A stretch of 59,024 bases of DNA from IMG/VR virus record IMGVR_UViG_3300047357_001465; one strand, given 5' to 3'. Made by a program: the position numbers and the translations under genes. The stretch comes from an uncultured virus (IMG/VR IMGVR_UViG_3300047357_001465) (lineage: Duplodnaviria; Heunggongvirae; Uroviricota; Caudoviricetes). How positions within the stretch are numbered: the stretch's first letter is position 1; each line of letters begins with the position of its first letter. Of this stretch, positions 57,550-59,024 are shown piece by piece. The notes under the pieces are model-generated. The model did not search any database and was not told where the DNA came from. It saw nothing but the letters and a program-made list of their open reading frames with translations.

Positions 57550-57641
57550 ATCGGAGCACAGGAGCTGAGAGAGTTAAGCAAATGCACGACTTTTATCCGT
57601 GTCTCTCAGCAGTACAACCCCGTATATGAGTCTAAGACTAT
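57550..57641. repeat. 92-bp hairpin-forming direct repeat, copy 1
   Basis: Identical to 58887..58978; stem GCTGAGAGA/TCTCTCAGC. Confidence 0.95.
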
Positions 57642-58741
57642 AGTTCCCTCTTGAGATCAGAGATCTCTTTGTTGAGCTGGTTAAGCATTTGCGATGCTGT
57701 TCTGATTTGCGAAGCCCTGCGTCCTCTTCTGAAGAGTTTCTTAAGGAATCTCATTCCTTTGCCTACGACAGAGTACTTCTCCTCGATCTCTTCTTGTAGG
57801 TCTTCTAGGTCTCTCTTGTATTCTTTAACATACTCAGGTTGAGCTTGCAGAGATCCGACTGCTGGGGCGAGATCTTCCAACTCCTTGTCAGACTTAGCTT
57901 TGGATATGTAGAATTTGAGGTCTTTGATTGCCTTGAGTCTCGCCTCCTCAAGAAGGGGGAAGAAATAGTCAATTTCCCCTTCGTTTTTATCGGCTCTTGC
58001 CCAAGGCAGGTGGCGTGTCCGCACTCTCATGATGTCATCTATTACTTCCTCGATGCTCTCAAGATCCGAAGCTCTAAGAATCTCTCCCTTTAATCTCTTC
58101 AGTTCTTTGCGAAGTTCTGGTGAATCTCTGCGAAGTTTCTCTTCTACCGTCTCTCCTTGGTGACTGAATTCGTCGGAGATTGTTAGAGGTATGCCTCTAA
58201 CATCCTCGAGGTTAGCGTTGAAGATCCAAATGTCTGTGAGATCAGCACCTCTGAGATCAGCTCCTTCGAGATTCGCATCCGTGAACCTCGCATTTGTGAG
58301 ATCTGCACCTCTGAGATCCGCACCTCTGAGATCCGCACCCTTGAACTTCGTACCCTTGAGCCACGAATCCATAAATTTTGCTCCTCTCGCTCTTGCGTAC
58401 TTAAGCTCCGCCTCGTCGAGATTCAGACCTGACAGATCAGCTCCTTTAAGATTCGCATAGCTGAGTTGAGCACCTTCAATCTTTGCACCCTTGAACTTCG
58501 CACCTTCAAGCTTCGCATCCATGAGATCCGCTTTTCTGAGATCCGCATCTCTGAGATCCGCATCTCTGAGATCAGCATATGCGAGGTCTACATCTCTGAG
58601 GTCTGCATCTCTGAGATCAGCACCTGACATGAACTTCATTCTGAAATATGCTTCTCTGAGATCCGCTTTTCTGAGATCCGCATCAGTGAGATCCTTGATT
58701 TCAATAGTGAGTGCTCTTTGTAAGTCTTTTGGATCAGCCAT
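57638..58741 (-). CDS. pentapeptide-repeat protein with helical insert and ASQIRTAS tail
   Basis: ADLRD repeats; [19 protein letters not shown] cap; tail [27 protein letters not shown]. Confidence 0.92.
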   Translation of the reverse strand: MADPKDLQRALTIEIKDLTDADLRKADLREAYFRMKFMSGADLRDADLRDVDLAYADLRDADLRDADLRKADLMDAKLEGAKFKGAKIEGAQLSYANLKGADLSGLNLDEAELKYARARGAKFMDSWLKGTKFKGADLRGADLRGADLTNARFTDANLEGADLRGADLTDIWIFNANLEDVRGIPLTISDEFSHQGETVEEKLRRDSPELRKELKRLKGEILRASDLESIEEVIDDIMRVRTRHLPWARADKNEGEIDYFFPLLEEARLKAIKDLKFYISKAKSDKELEDLAPAVGSLQAQPEYVKEYKRDLEDLQEEIEEKYSVVGKGMRFLKKLFRRGRRASQIRTASQMLNQLNKEISDLKREL

Positions 58742-58886
58742 GATTATAGCTCCTTATGTTTGTGTCTTGGTTCTGTATATTGATGTTATAGAAAACCTAT
58801 GAGAAAAGGCTAAAAGACTGTGCATGACATCATCCTATCTCCTCCCTTCAGTAACCTCAAACTCCTAAGCCTCTACCCAAACACAA

Positions 58887-58978
58887 ATCGGAGCACAGGA
58901 GCTGAGAGAGTTAAGCAAATGCACGACTTTTATCCGTGTCTCTCAGCAGTACAACCCCGTATATGAGTCTAAGACTAT
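58887..58978. repeat. 92-bp hairpin-forming direct repeat, copy 2
   Basis: Identical to 57550..57641. Confidence 0.95.
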
Positions 58979-59024
58979 CTAGCGTCTGTCTAGTAGCCTT
59001 TGTTTAGCAATTTCCTTAGCATAG
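58979..59024 (-). CDS. probable 3' end of a gene entering from outside the window
   Basis: Open frame ..YAKEIAKQRLLDRR* ending right at repeat copy 2; frame uncertain. Confidence 0.35.
   Translation of the reverse strand, partial: YAKEIAKQRLLDRR

Noticed and set aside
57550..57641. Integron attC site
   Set aside because: Lacks RYYYAAC..GTTRRRY ends and no integrase is in the window

Overview
This is a 59-kb segment of a large (jumbo-like) tailed dsDNA phage genome; no host housekeeping operons, tRNAs, rRNAs or CRISPR arrays were seen. It carries nucleotide-supply genes (deoxynucleoside kinase, class I nrdA and nrdB, PurA-type adenylosuccinate synthetase, CodA-like amidohydrolase). It also has bacterial-style replisome parts (delta'/delta-like clamp-loader subunits, beta-clamp, stand-alone primase Zn finger), a PD-(D/E)XK nuclease, a half SbcC/Rad50 ATPase, PIN-PhoH, Dps, portal, terminase and two very large repeat-rich fibre proteins. 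Main signals: (1) Unrelated cargo proteins (pentapeptide repeats, ART-like, phosphothreonine-lyase-like and PAP2 modules) share short portable terminal tags (RIAxLE leader, ASQIRVAS coiled-coil tail), (K/R)-x-A linkers and a common TA-N8-AT upstream motif, suggesting a virion-packaged, protease-processed effector system. (2) A C5-methyltransferase is split over two overlapping frames starting at ATGTG behind one RBS. (3) There are several structured intergenic RNAs and a duplicated 92-bp hairpin element. All functional calls come from motif recognition by eye, not database searches.
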